Translations under genes and position numbers: made by a program
Assembly (NCBI GenBank): GCA_020536535.1
Contig: JAHLWZ010000579.1
Span: 62,001 to 126,000 of the forward strand
DNA from: Pelomyxa schiedti
Taxonomy: Eukaryota; Protista; Evosea
DNA: 64,000 nt
Reading direction: 5' to 3'
Notes under the pieces: model-generated
The model's database searches: none
The model's input: the letters and a program-made list of their open reading frames with translations, nothing else
Told to the model about the DNA's origin: nothing
Shown here: positions 53,380 through 64,000 of the stretch, one piece after another
How the letters are laid out: each line of letters starts with the position of its first letter
How positions within the stretch are numbered: position 1 is the first letter of the stretch

Positions 53380-54590
53380 ATGATCGACCCCACGACGACA
53401 TCCGCCAGCACCACCAGGATTGGCCCGCCTCCTCTGCCCGAGCTGGGCGTCGCGACGCGGCTCAGCGCGAGCTCGCAGTACATCTCGTTCGCGCTGTGCC
53501 TGAGCCCGCGCGCGGGGGCCCGCAGCGCGGCGGGCCTGCTCACGCCGCCGCTGGTGCACTACATCGCGAGGAAGTACGTCCTCGGGGGGCGCCACGTCGC
53601 GCTCAAGTTCTACGTGCCCGGGCGCCCCGAGCTCGGCCGCGCCGAGGACACGCTGTACGTCTCGCTGTTCGTGTCGCCGACGCTGGGCGTGACCCGCGGG
53701 TGTCCCGCGTCCCCGGCGACGTGCTCGGGTGGATCGACGAGCGCACCGCCATCGTGATGCTGGAGATGCGCGTCAGGATCTGGGACGTCGACGAGGCCAG
53801 GTTCGTGCACTCGATGCAGTACTCTCCCACAATCAGCCTGCAGCAGTTTGTGTGCAACAAGCGGTGGATCGTGTGCGTCGACCGGGCCACCCGCCGCCTC
53901 TTCATCTGGAAGGTTTCGCCCGGTGGCGGCGGCAGCAGCAGATCCCCGGTCCCGGTCGAACCCCCAGTCTCGGCCGAGATCTTCCCGCCGTGGGACGAGG
54001 CCAAGCTGCACTTCACGGCCACCGAGGACGGAATCTCCACGTGCGACGAGCTGTCGATTCTGCTAAAGGACACCGAGGCCACCAAAGGCTGGTACCTGCA
54101 GAAACTGGACCTTTCCAGGGCCTTTGGCGAGGCCGACGCGTCGTCGGCTGTGTGCCTGCCGATAATCTGCCACGACAACACACCCAACAGGGAAATCCTG
54201 CCGTGCAACAAGACTCTGGTGGCCAAGGGGACTCTGATTGTGCCGTTCCTGAACCCTGACACGACCTCGGCTTACTTGATAAACGTGGACAAGAACAAAG
54301 CCAGGCGCGTGCCGAACATTTCGGTGATTCATTGCATAGACATCACGCACTTTGGCTTGGTGCCCACCACGAACACCAGCTCCCTGGTTGTGTACCACAC
54401 GCACACGTACCCCACGCCGACGTTCACCCACAAAATCCCTGGGAATTACCGCTGTGGGCACGGGTTTATATACCACCATCAGAGGACTTCTACGCACAAT
54501 CAAGTAATGCAAGTTATAGACGCCACATCCGGCACCGTGGTACTTACCCTCTCAGGCTTCATCCTGCAGTTCTTTGTGTATGTTTATTAG
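53380..54590 (+). pseudogene. Intronless 'HxRCG-module' family gene with an apparent 1-nt frameshift near 53698 (pseudogene or sequencing error)
   Basis: ORF 53380..53757 is protein-like up to VSPTLGVTRG; ORF 53496..54590 is protein-like from VSRVPGDVLGWIDE. Adding one G to the GGG at 53698-53700 joins them. Confidence 0.6.
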
Positions 54591-54686
54591 CGCGTGTAAA
54601 GTAATTAATTACCTGTTTTGGATACTCTGTTACTTGCGTACACCCAAAAGAGAAAAAAACCTTTTGGAAGAAAAAAAAACCAATCA

Positions 54687-57600
54687 ATGTCCACCTGCAA
54701 TACAACAACAGGAAGTCCCCCCACAGAAACAACCAAGGGCAGTGGTTCAAGAGGGCTTACAATTTCAAAGAAGCTGGGCTATGTGGTCACAAACTTTGGG
54801 CTGGAATTCGCGGCTAGTGTGTGGGGCCTGTTTTGCATTCATTTTATGACAGATGTGGCTGGGTTGAGTGCGGCCAAGGCTGGATGGGTGTGTGGGGGTG
54901 TTTCTTGCTTTACTACTCTATGTTTCTACAACGAGGGTGGTTTTTTCATAGTGTTCTGATTCCAAACCTTCTTTTTTGGGGTGCTTCAAAAGGTCAATAT
55001 GTTGTATAGGTGGTGGGGTAGGACCTTTCATTGCCTGTAAAACTGTAATTTACTTGGTCTACAGATGCTCTGAATGACCCGATTGTGGCACAGATGTCTG
55101 ATCACACTCATCACAGGATGGGAAGGAGGAGACCCTATATGATGTATCTTATTTTTTAACATTACTTCAATTCCACTTACTTGGTTATCCATTCCACAAT
55201 TCAGGTACATGGCTGTTCCTTACGGCATCTTGTGGTTCATCAATTGGTTTGTACCAAGTTCGAGTCAATGGGCCCTGTTTTGGTGGTTCCTACTCATTCA
55301 ACTGGTATTCAATATGCTTTCTTTTTTTGATAATCTAAGTGTAAAAATGTAGGGTTCCGACTTAGCTTTTACGTGTATCAATGTGCCTCATCTCGCACTC
55401 CTTAATGATCTTACCGACGACTATAAAGAGCGATTTCAAGTAAACACATTGCGTATAGTAGCTTCTGTGTGTGGCCAAGTGACCTCTTTTGTCATGGTGG
55501 CAATTCTTACCTCACTTATAACCAATGTATCAAGGCGATTTCAGGTTTGATTACCCTTCTATGGCAACTATATCCTTGTGGATTATAACATGAAAGAAAG
55601 GTGATTGGGCTATTTGTGTGCGTAGTGATTATTGTATGTGTAGAGACAAGTGTCTATTGTACCGCCGGAGCTGCGCACTCCCAACCACCTGTAGAGCAAA
55701 CCCCAGCTCATTCGATGTGGATTCTTAACAGCTTGATAACAATGGGAAGATCGATGAAACTCTTGCTATCTGTGCAAGAGTACAGAGTGACTCTTGGTTC
55801 GTATTATTATAGTCTTTCCGAGAATGAAATAACGTCAGCAAGGGATTTACGTTTTGAGTTCCGTCTGTATGCAACTCTCTCTTGTCATGGTTCCCTATTT
55901 CCTTCAGGTTTCTTTTTGGTTGTTCACTGTTTGGATTTCACTTATTGCTCTTCTTCTGTAACACAGAAGTTCATGTGGCTTCCAATGATCGAGACAGTGA
56001 AGATTTCCATTATAACCCTAGTATTTGCGCTTATTGCAGCAGTCACAATTCTTCGGTTGCTAAAGAGAGTTGATAAACGAACCCTTTATTTTGCCAGTGC
56101 TTCTGCCTGGGTGCTGTTCTACATCCTTGGATTTTTCTTAGTGGGAAGAGTAAGCACTTCCATCTGAGTGAAGTATCTCACTCACGACAGACAAACTATT
56201 GGACGGTCCTCTTCCTAATCCCCCTTCTGGGAACTGGCACCGCTGCCACCTTCTTAATTCCCTTTTCAATGTTAAATGACAGTGCCGATTATGTAGAACT
56301 ACATACTGGGAAGAGAATGGATGCACTGGCATTTGGCTTAGCGCATGCCTCTCAAAAATTCACTCTTGGCTGTGCTGTGTTCATTTTTGAGACTGTTCTG
56401 GCAGTGAATGGATACAGCCCCAATGACTACCATGTATTTTCTAACTCCTTTTTGCGTCTCTCACGTCAGATCAAAGAATGCAGAAGATGTCCCAGTTAGA
56501 GTTTTATGGGCAATTAAGCTTATGTTCACACTTTTCCCTCTCGGGTTACTCACAACTGCACTTGTGGTGAACATTTTCAACCGAATAAGTGCTGTATCTC
56601 ATGAAGCTGTTCTACAGCAACTGAAGCACGATAGTGAAAAAGGGTCACTACAGGGTAACCATTTTACTTGTATTCATTTCTGATTTTATAAGGGAGGAGT
56701 ATTGGTTCTCCACCTTTCATTACATACTTCCTTTTGGATGGTGTACGTTCCGATATCTTTAGTCAAGAACTAGATGCTGGCAATTTGCCTAACCTCAGAG
56801 AACTTATTCATAGTGGTACGTTTGTGCGAAATGGAATCACTGCAGTCCCAAGGTTTCCTTCAAAAATTGTTTGTTTTTCCCTTACCTTCTTGGTTAGTAT
56901 CACTGGATACGCCTTTATCCCCCATATCACTGGTCAGGATGCTGCGGCTAGTGGGGTTCTAGGATTGCGCTGGTTCAATCGGCAATTAGCCATTGGGAAT
57001 GTTAGGTCGTATGTGGGCAAGACAAATGTCAACATGGATTTGGACCTATCTAACCGCTTGGTGACTGTATTCGAGCACCATGTGAATCAGCACTCGACAA
57101 CATTTCAGAGCTGTATGAAGATCCCACTTTACCCATTACTCATGGGAAATATCAGATATGACCCGTGGAGCTGAAGTTATCAATCATTTTGGATGGCCTG
57201 TGACAACAGCGAAATACATTGGCCATCATTGGCTGTTCAATATTCTGAGCAAGATTCCTTTTGTATGCAAAAACTGGTTCAGCTATGAGTCCTTTATTAT
57301 AGATGAAGCTATCAAAGGTGAAGGGTATGCATCCTACAATTCACACTGACTCAAAAGTAGATCTTGCTCAACAACCTAAAGTTCAGTGGATAACTCTCGC
57401 TAGTCCAGATGGCGTTGTCCATATGGAAGGGGTAACAAAGAAATACCGAGACCTTTTGGTGCACCTTGATACAGAGAGTGTGTAGAAGTAACTGGTGTTT
57501 ATTGTACTAACTTGCGCAGTTGGAAGGTACCGAAAAGCTAGCAAACAGTTAGGCCAAGAGGAATCACGAATTTACTGTGTAATAAGGTCGCCATACCTCC

Positions 57601-58783
57601 TAAGCACCTCACAGCTAAACCCTCCCAGTGACCATGGAATGAGTGATGTTCATCATAATATTGAAGTCACATCAGAATTACAGGTGAATTGTTTACTGAG
57701 AAGTATTTAAAAATAAAAAAACCGCTAGGCACACTATAGTTTCCGTGCATTCCGTTGTACACCATCCACAAATATTCTCAGCAGCAATCTTGACACACCT
57801 TGTGCCTTTTATAATAACTTTGACGTGATCAACTGCATTAATGGGAACCTTATGAGTTTCTTGTACTTCAAGCATCCAACATTGGGGTGGAGGCATTCCC
57901 CAGAATATCAGCATTTACTTGCTTACCCCGCACCAAATGGAGAACTGGTTTTTTCTTTCACATGGAAATGCGAAATCATAACGCATAGTCAGGTCAATCT
58001 ACCAGAAGTGTTCTTGAAAACTCCCGGAATTCGATTTGTTCTGTTGAGGGCATCTTCACCTCTCACCGTTCTTCTCCTAAGTATACATGGGAAGGCAGAG
58101 GTATGTCAACTTTACTATGGCGAAATTAACTCGCCTAGCTAAGTTCTCCTGATGGTATATCTTTTTCCTACACTGTGGAGTCGGAAGATCCACTACAAGA
58201 GGGAACTAAACCATATCCACTGTCTAACACTGGCCTGTGAGTAGATGCAACCGCCGTTTTGATGTGAAAATTTCACTAATATCTGGGCAGCCATCACATC
58301 AGGGAGTGGTTAGCCAGTACTTATGATTCAGCTTTTCCCTTGGCACCCTGCAGACTTTGGAGATTGTTTTTCAATTCCTATGCACAGACAGGTTTCATTC
58401 CCTTCTTCTCCTTATCAGTTTCCAGCATAGTTATTTACTTTGCTGAAAATTCAAAAAAAGGTGACATCGTGCTCGTGGCTTCCGATCTCTACGATTTTGG
58501 AGAAAATTATGAAGTTTTCACTGGGAACTACCGTGGTGGACATGGTGGAATCTCACACGAGCAACTGTGCGTGCCATTTATCCTCAGCGGCCCTGGAGTA
58601 AAACCAGGGGTAGTTCTGGACACAGCACTGGCAGAAGATGTGGGACAAACTGTGCTGCATCTGTTGGGATGTACAATAAGTGAGATATCTCTGCCCCCTT
58701 TTTTTTATTCTCCCTCTCAACTACTACTAGACAGCAACCCTGAAGCCGGCGTTGTACTCTCCCCAGCCCTGGAACACAATTAA
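54687..58783 (+). CDS. GPH/MelB-type MFS transporter fused to an alkaline-phosphatase-superfamily nucleotide pyrophosphatase/phosphodiesterase domain
   Basis: KKLGY..FMTDVAGLSAAKAG, DALNDPIVAQMSD..GRRRPY, SMLNDSADYVELHTGKRMDA (GPH); then YFLLDGVR, LPNL, AVPSITG (Thr nucleophile), DGVVH, SDHG, GDIVL, GGHGG, VPFILSGPG, DVGQTVLHLLG (NPP). Linked by a phase-1 intron at ~56655-56692. Confidence 0.85.
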
Positions 58784-58923
58784 ATGCCTTTTTAATGCTA
58801 GTTTGTTGGTTTCGTTAAAACACGTTTGCTTTGGCATAATTACCAACTTTTTGCTTCTTTTTTTCAGCACAGTTGTGTGAAACACACAATTAAACTCATC
58901 CCTTGCTCCATCTTAGCACAGAA

Positions 58924-59688
58924 TCAAGGATATCTCGCTGCCAAGATTCCAACGAATCTCTCCACAACATCAATGTTTTGAATTGGAACGTACTGCGGAT
59001 CATGTTCAAGAAGGAGTGCATGGTATTGTCGGTAATGAAGAAACTTTACGGCAGTTACTTCAGTTGCCTGAAGTCTCATTGTGCTTATGTCAAGTCCATC
59101 CATTTGCAAAAGATACACATCAACCCATTCCTGGGGAAAAAGTTGGTGTGTGAGGCCTGTTGGAGGGAAGGTTTACCTTGTTGATAAATGTACCACCGTT
59201 CAGTACAAAACTCTGGAAATGTGTAAATAGCAGCTCGAGCTTGGAACCATCAACAACGAGGCCAAGCTCCTCTTCCAATTCCCTCAACGCACTCTCTCTG
59301 CTATCATCCCCAGCGGAGATGTGTCCAGCTTGTGACCAACTGTAAATAACCGGAACGGTACAATGGCATTGTGCACTATGGGTCACACCTTACCTGAGGA
59401 TATATCCCACATTCCAGGAAAGGAATCTTTCTTCCAATGCCTCTGCTGCAACAATAGGTTTCCCTTGCTGCATTTTGCAATTGTTACAACAATGTTGCGA
59501 AAGCTCATTCGCGAATAGCATTTTTTTCATTTGGGAATGGGTCGGTGGCGGCATCACCTGTCCACTATCCAGGTGTGCACGACTCTGTGTGGTCTCCCTT
59601 CCTTGTGGGCCTGCGATCTCGTCACAACTCGCCCCGTTTTTGCCCCTGTCGTCTCGTCCAACTCATCAAAGCACTCTTCGGTGGCCAT
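58924..59688 (-). CDS. Nudix hydrolase (IDI-like subgroup)
   Basis: AHKEGRPHRVVHTWI, LLLQQRHWKKDSFPGMWDISS|AGHISAGDDSRESALRELEEELGL (Nudix box), LQATEV. Confidence 0.92.
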
Positions 59689-59947
59689 TTCTCTGTACAA
59701 TCACAGATTCGGCCTCGGCTTCGCGTATCTCTGCTGTGATAAGTAGCACAAGTTACCATCTTCGTAATATCCGAACAGAACAAAGAGTTGGTGAGTTGGG
59801 TAGTCACAAGTAGTACTGAGTTGGAATTTTCTGAACTCGGCTTCATAAAGCGGAATTTTCGCAAGAAAAGCTTTCTTTCACAATTAATTTAAAATAAAAA
59901 CACAACAACACACGCAATACACGCTTCGCTTCTTGATTGCTACTACA

Positions 59948-60676
59948 ATGGAGAACAACAACAACGAGACGTCATCGATGAGCGACCTACTTACTGAGTA
60001 CGCAATCCAAGAAAATGGATCTTTCTTGAGTTCTAACTTTCAATCCTCGTGTTGTCAACAACACGCAACAGCAGCAAACAAACAACATCAATGTCGTGAC
60101 TCTACTTCATCTACAAGTTCCCCTACGACATGTTGTTTCGTTTCCGATAGAAAGTTTGCTGATGGACGGTTGTTGAAACAACCCGAAGGATTCGACGACA
60201 AGAATGACAACACCGCTTCCGAATGCGGTAATTGCAACTGCTTTCCTGGTACTTGTTCAAGTTCTTCCTCAACAACAATGAGCTGTAGCAGCAGCCAAGC
60301 TAACAACGAGGTTATTTGCTATACAATTCCAGACTTCGTTGCAATAAGAAAATCACTGTGCGACGCTGCGGCGCTTGCTTCTCTTTCTAAAGAACTGGAC
60401 AGCTTGTGGGTATCACCTTCCCACACCAAAGCTCCAACACCAACACCAACAACTATCGGTGAGAATATCGCCGAGAGCAGAAGCAGCAATCACCACGCAG
60501 AAAAAAACAGTCACCTTATGATGAATCACCCACGCATTCAACAAACAAAACCGGTGTCACCCTACCAACCAAGTGCCGCACCTCAGAGGAGAATACGGCG
60601 CTACTGCAACCTTGAAGTCAATGACTTCCCCAGCAATGACCTCCCGGCATTGGAATGTTGTTGCACAAATCATTGA
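59948..60676 (+). CDS. Intronless Ser/Cys/Asn-rich hypothetical protein
   Basis: Open frame of about 242 codons from ATG 59948, flanked by AT-rich spacers; no recognised domain. Confidence 0.55.
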   Translation: MENNNNETSSMSDLLTEYAIQENGSFLSSNFQSSCCQQHATAANKQHQCRDSTSSTSSPTTCCFVSDRKFADGRLLKQPEGFDDKNDNTASECGNCNCFPGTCSSSSSTTMSCSSSQANNEVICYTIPDFVAIRKSLCDAAALASLSKELDSLWVSPSHTKAPTPTPTTIGENIAESRSSNHHAEKNSHLMMNHPRIQQTKPVSPYQPSAAPQRRIRRYCNLEVNDFPSNDLPALECCCTNH

Positions 60677-60860
60677 CACTCTTCAATGATTCAAACCAGA
60701 CCAACCACATCCCAAACAACAGGGGTGTGCCACTGTATTGTATTTTTATCCAAAAAACCAAAGAAATTAAAACAAAATAAACCCAAGTAAAACTTGAAGG
60801 AACCTTTTCTTTTCGTTCACGCGTTTTCCGGTTTTTTCGAAGGTGTCACTACTGTTGGGA

Positions 60861-62373
60861 ATGTTTGTGGTTCCAGCACTGAGAGGTGTTGTGTCACTGG
60901 ACGCGGAAGTGTTACAATTCCGCAGAGTTATTACATTTCTGTGTGGTTACCACCCGCGATGCGGCTCGAACAGGTTTTTCAATTTAGTTTCTATTTTACT
61001 CCAGGTGACCGACTTGAAAGTTGGGTCTGGAACCTGCCTCCTCATTGTGCACAAAGAGTCGTGGCTCTATTGGGAATATTGCCAACCTGTACTTTTTTTT
61101 TAACCCCTTTGCGTTCATTTTCGTCACCCTTTAAGGTCAGGCGTGGGTTGAATTCCAAGACGCTGTCAATGTGAAATGTGTGGTTGTTTGTCAACACAAT
61201 ACATCATCCCCCATTAATTAAAGCCTAGACATCCTTCAAAAACATCCATACGAACAAGATTCAACAAAGCAGACCCTATATTGGTACTACTCAGAATCTC
61301 ATATTTTTAAAAATACCTATCCTTTTTTATTTTTCCTAGGAGGGAGACAGCCAGTACCAGTCTTTCAAGACGTTCCCTATCAGTACTCACCACTTTCGTG
61401 TCCACCACTCTCCGTGATACCCTTGCGGATTGCGTTTGTTGGGGATTCCTTGGTTGGAAAGGTTTTGTGGAGTGTTTAGCTTAACCTCTCACTATCACAC
61501 AGACATCTATATTGTATTCCTTCACCAACAATTGCTTCCCAGGTTTTTTACATTTTAGAGACAAATAAAGCCCACTGAAGTCCACTAAGATGACTATGTG
61601 GGCACTACATTTGATTCTTTCTCGACTAATCTAGTCTATCACGGGACTTGTAAAAATTTACTGGTATAACCTTACAAACTGGCGTTCTAACATCAATTAC
61701 ACCAGATGCTTGACACAAGTGGTGCAAAGGGAAAAAACGAATTTAGATTACGAAGTACCACCATTTCCTCCTCAACTCCCTCCCTCCTATTTTGCCCGAA
61801 ACTAATTACCAGGCTATGCATGTGCACAATGTGTTGTTCTTTGTTTCAATTGTGTTGATAGAGAATCTCTCGAAAGCTGCAAAAATTTCTGGTACAACGA
61901 AGTCATTGAATATTGCCCAAGTATGTAGCCGGTTCTCCCCCCCCTTTTTTTTCTGCATTGATTCTCCAAGATGTACCCAGACTTCTTGTGGCAACGAAAT
62001 ATGGTACACTTTTTCCCCTCACAATCTTATACTAACTATAGACCCTTTCAAATAGACATCCCAACACTTCATGAGCCAAATGGCCCCCCAATGGTTTCAA
62101 AGGATACAATTGAAGCTACTTCCAAACAGATGGGCTGCTTCTCTACCCAATGTGGCTTTTCTGAAAGAACTATTTCTTCTCTCTGATAATTCGCTCTAGA
62201 TTGCAGTGCCTGGACACAGGAAGGCCTGATAGGTACATTTCACACAATTCTCTCCCGCATTGGTGTGTGAGTTGCAATCGATGCAATTGTACTCACATTT
62301 TGCCAGGCTCCTAAGTCAAGTTCGCGCCTCGAGCTGCAAATCTAGTTTGGCCATAGCGGAAGTGCTGGGATAA
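60861..62373 (+). CDS. Atypical Rho-family GTPase with N-terminal 'HPRCG' module; no CaaX
   Basis: Spliced: ..ITFLCGYHPRCGSN|SWVWNLPPHCAQRVVALLG..; LRIAFVGDSLVGK|T (G1), DDYVGTTFDSF (switch I), LDTSGA (G3), VATKY|D (G4), CSAWTQEGL (G5). The last splice and stop are uncertain (62345 or 62373). Confidence 0.78.
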
Positions 62374-62503
62374 TCAACAACCACACCTTTGTCCAAAAAA
62401 GTTAGTTCAACTAAAAGAACTTTCTTTTAGTTTCGCTTTGGTTTGGTTGTTGTGATCATCAAACCACCAGGCCCCTCAAGCACAACCAATAATACACACA
62501 AAC

Positions 62504-63399
62504 ATGTCACTTGGAGACGTTGCTTCTGCGGCCGTTTCGGTAGCGGGGATGGTGCTGGGCGCAGGGAAGGACAAGTACCCACAGCCGTGCTTCCGAGACC
62601 TTGGGGGTCCCTCGTGCAAGTTCAGGCTGAAATTCAGGGCTGGAATGAGCACAAAAGTGAAGAGTTGGGTGGACAACTGTTGAAAGTCTTCTCGTTTGGG
62701 TGCCCTGCAAATGTGTTTGTGCCTGCCTGGTTTATAAATACCGAAGAGGAAGTGGGGAGGAGAAGAATTGTGAGGAGTTCCCAGTGGAAAGGGCAGTGGG
62801 GGACTCCCACCAACTAACAAATGACTCAGATATAAAACCAAAAAGAGTTTCCATCTGCCACACATACTCTACAAATCCTGAGGGAAGCGTGTGGGCCTTC
62901 ATAGTTCAGGTTCTTTCTAAAAATCATCATCAAGTGATAATGATTGTGACCCTCCCTCACAGTGCCTGGGGATTGATGGATCATACGTGCAAATGAAACC
63001 GCTGAAAAAGCGGCCCTCCAATTGGAAATTGGTGCACGTCAATACCCTTGATGCCCAAACAACGTACGAAAAAATCCCCTTTTCCGTTCCCTCCTCCCAC
63101 AATCCCAACCCAACCCACAAACTAAGTTCCCACCAAGATACGAGAGACTGAAGCCCGAGGAGGAAGAGGACGACGATGACGACGAGGACGAAGGCGACGA
63201 CGGCGACGACGGCGACTACGACGCAGACACAGCAGCGCCCACATTCGACGTGAGTGGCGGCGGAAGCGGCGGCGGGGGAGGAGGCGGTGGTGGAGGCTCC
63301 GACAACGGGTGCTGCTCGTGCTGTGATTGTGGCGGTGGCGACTCCTCGTGTTGTGATTGTGGGTCGTGCTGCTGTGATTGTGACTGCACAATCCTGTGA
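62504..63399 (+). CDS. Small Cys-rich protein with acidic and poly-Gly tracts ending in CaaX (CTIL); absent from the ORF track as a unit
   Basis: Last exon (after actaag at 63126): FPPRYERLKPEEEEDDDDDEDEGDD...GGGGGSDNGCCSCCDCGGGDSSCCDCGSCCCDCDCTIL-TGA. Upstream exons can be joined in phase from ATG 62504 (less certain). Confidence 0.65.
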
Positions 63400-63612
63400 A
63401 AAAACTGTTCGTTGTATTGGAAGCTCAGCCTTAGTGAATACCTTTCAAAAAAAAAGCTTGCCTGCCAAACTGGACGTCGTTTGAACGGTGATGATTCACC
63501 CGACGTGAATTTCTCTTATGCGAACAAAAAAGGAAGAAAACCCAAAGGATTGAGGGTTTCCATACCACTCCAACTAAAAACTAACGACAAACACAACCAC
63601 CATATAAGCAAC

Positions 63613-64000
63613 ATGTCAGGCTCAGCAGACATTGAGATGCAGAGGGTCGCGGACCCAGACGACGAGCGAGGTGCCGTTGCAGTCTCCATCGCCACGGCCT
63701 CGTCGCCCTCGCTTCGCCACGGCAGCACTGCAAGCAGCAGCAGCGTGGGCATCGTCGTCTCGGCTGTTCCCACGAGCCACGCCCACGTTCACCGCCACGA
63801 GCACAGGAGGCACGGGCACGGACACGGGCACGAGCACGAGCACGGCAGGGACGGGCACGGCAGGGGGCACAGACACCGCCACGCCTCGGACTACGATGAC
63901 AGGTTCCCAACTGTAAAAATAACAAAATCTACATTGTGGGAAGGCACTCAGTGCGGAATTCAAACAAACATAAACACATAAAAACAACAAATACATGAGA
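63613..64000 (+). CDS. 5' part of a gene with a His-rich N-terminal tract (possible metal transporter/binding protein); truncated by the window end
   Basis: MSGSADIEMQRV...HAHVHRHEHRRHGHGHGHEHEHGRDGHGRGHRHRH; GC-rich first exon followed by AT-rich intron-like sequence. Confidence 0.55.

Noticed and set aside
62681-62683. TGT-TGA as a possible selenocysteine (CU) codon
   Set aside because: Read-through gives only 17 unremarkable residues, no SECIS was identified, and the TGA falls inside a plausible intron.
63122-63391. Minus-strand reading with an apparent TM segment (VVVAVVAVVAFVLVVIVV)
   Set aside because: It is the antisense of the poly-Asp/Glu codons of the plus-strand CaaX gene.

Overview
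Gene-dense eukaryotic genomic DNA with about 29 protein-coding genes, most split by many short (~40-100 nt) introns with CTAAC/CTGAC-like branch points and poly-T tracts. The supplied ORF track therefore shows exon fragments; I rebuilt the gene models by hand and exon edges are approximate. Gene content (Shk-type SH2 kinase, MrfA/MYRF, Dictyostelium-type P2X, RWP-RK factor, Entamoeba-TMK-type kinase module) points to an amoebozoan, probably an archamoeba such as Pelomyxa (inference). Recognisable genes: deoxyhypusine synthase, RFT1, PRL phosphatase, RAD51B, FAM98, TauE, ROK fructokinase, acid-sphingomyelinase-like phosphodiesterase, Nudix, Cdc123-like ATP-grasp. Most notable observations: (1) three otherwise dissimilar genes (two predicted beta-rich proteins and an atypical Rho GTPase) share an N-terminal 'F-x4-H-x-R-C-G-x-x-S...helix' module, a candidate lineage-specific adaptor system; (2) a GPH/MelB-type MFS transporter fused to a nucleotide pyrophosphatase/phosphodiesterase; (3) a beta-helix protein with a pseudokinase module inserted into it plus a C-terminal IRAK/Pelle-like kinase; (4) a myristoylated NCS-type Ca2+ sensor fused to a RhoGAP; (5) a KAS III/FabH-fold protein with an altered catalytic triad; (6) a divergent P2X; (7) a CaaX-tailed Cdc123-like ligase. 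No rRNA, tRNA, CRISPR array or transposon was seen.
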